DNA of 35,984 bases. Origin: Octopus bimaculoides (Eukaryota). The stretch covers positions 74,937,838 to 74,973,821 of the forward strand of contig NC_068988.1 in the NCBI RefSeq assembly GCF_001194135.2. Reading direction: 5' to 3'. The stretch's first letter is position 1. The number at the start of each line of letters is the position of its first letter. Shown here piece by piece: positions 35,931 through 35,984 of this stretch. The notes beneath the pieces were generated by a model. That model was not told the origin of the DNA. It did no database searches and saw only the letters and a program-made list of their open reading frames with translations. Position numbers and translations under genes: made by a program.

Positions 35931-35984
<54 letters not shown>
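35532..35984 (+). mobile_element. SINE family A, full-length dimer with (TTA)n tail
   Basis: Complete head to ...GAAACAAGTAAAAGAG, then (TTA)n to the end of the window. Confidence 0.95.

Noticed and set aside
1-35984. CRISPR arrays, rRNA or prokaryotic operons
   Set aside because: No regularly spaced repeats with unique spacers and no rRNA-like sequence; the content is eukaryotic.

Overview
AT-rich eukaryotic DNA with several N-gaps, almost entirely transposon debris and microsatellites. The SINE, RTE and Helitron families look cephalopod, most likely Octopus (inference from recalled repeat families, not a database result). No intact host protein-coding gene is supported. Contents: a near-full mariner (460-1663), a long RTE-clade LINE with a PHD finger (1666-~6100), a second RTE rearranged by inversion (11315-13268), two Penelope-like (PLE) remnants, three Helitrons with recognisable termini plus a Rep fragment, a Tc1 (19165-20804), a Tigger/pogo fragment, MITEs and hairpins, and at least three tRNA-derived SINE families. 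The most notable unannotated structure is at 13.3-19.1 kb. Three decayed type I hammerhead ribozyme motifs lie in PLE terminal repeats; two of them are an inverted pair whose defects complement each other. A 4.15-kb Helitron sits 1 nt downstream of the predicted cleavage site of one copy. A CpG-retaining segment with NRF1/ETS-like motifs (30.7-31.1 kb) may be a host promoter. All RNA structures and alignments were read by eye.
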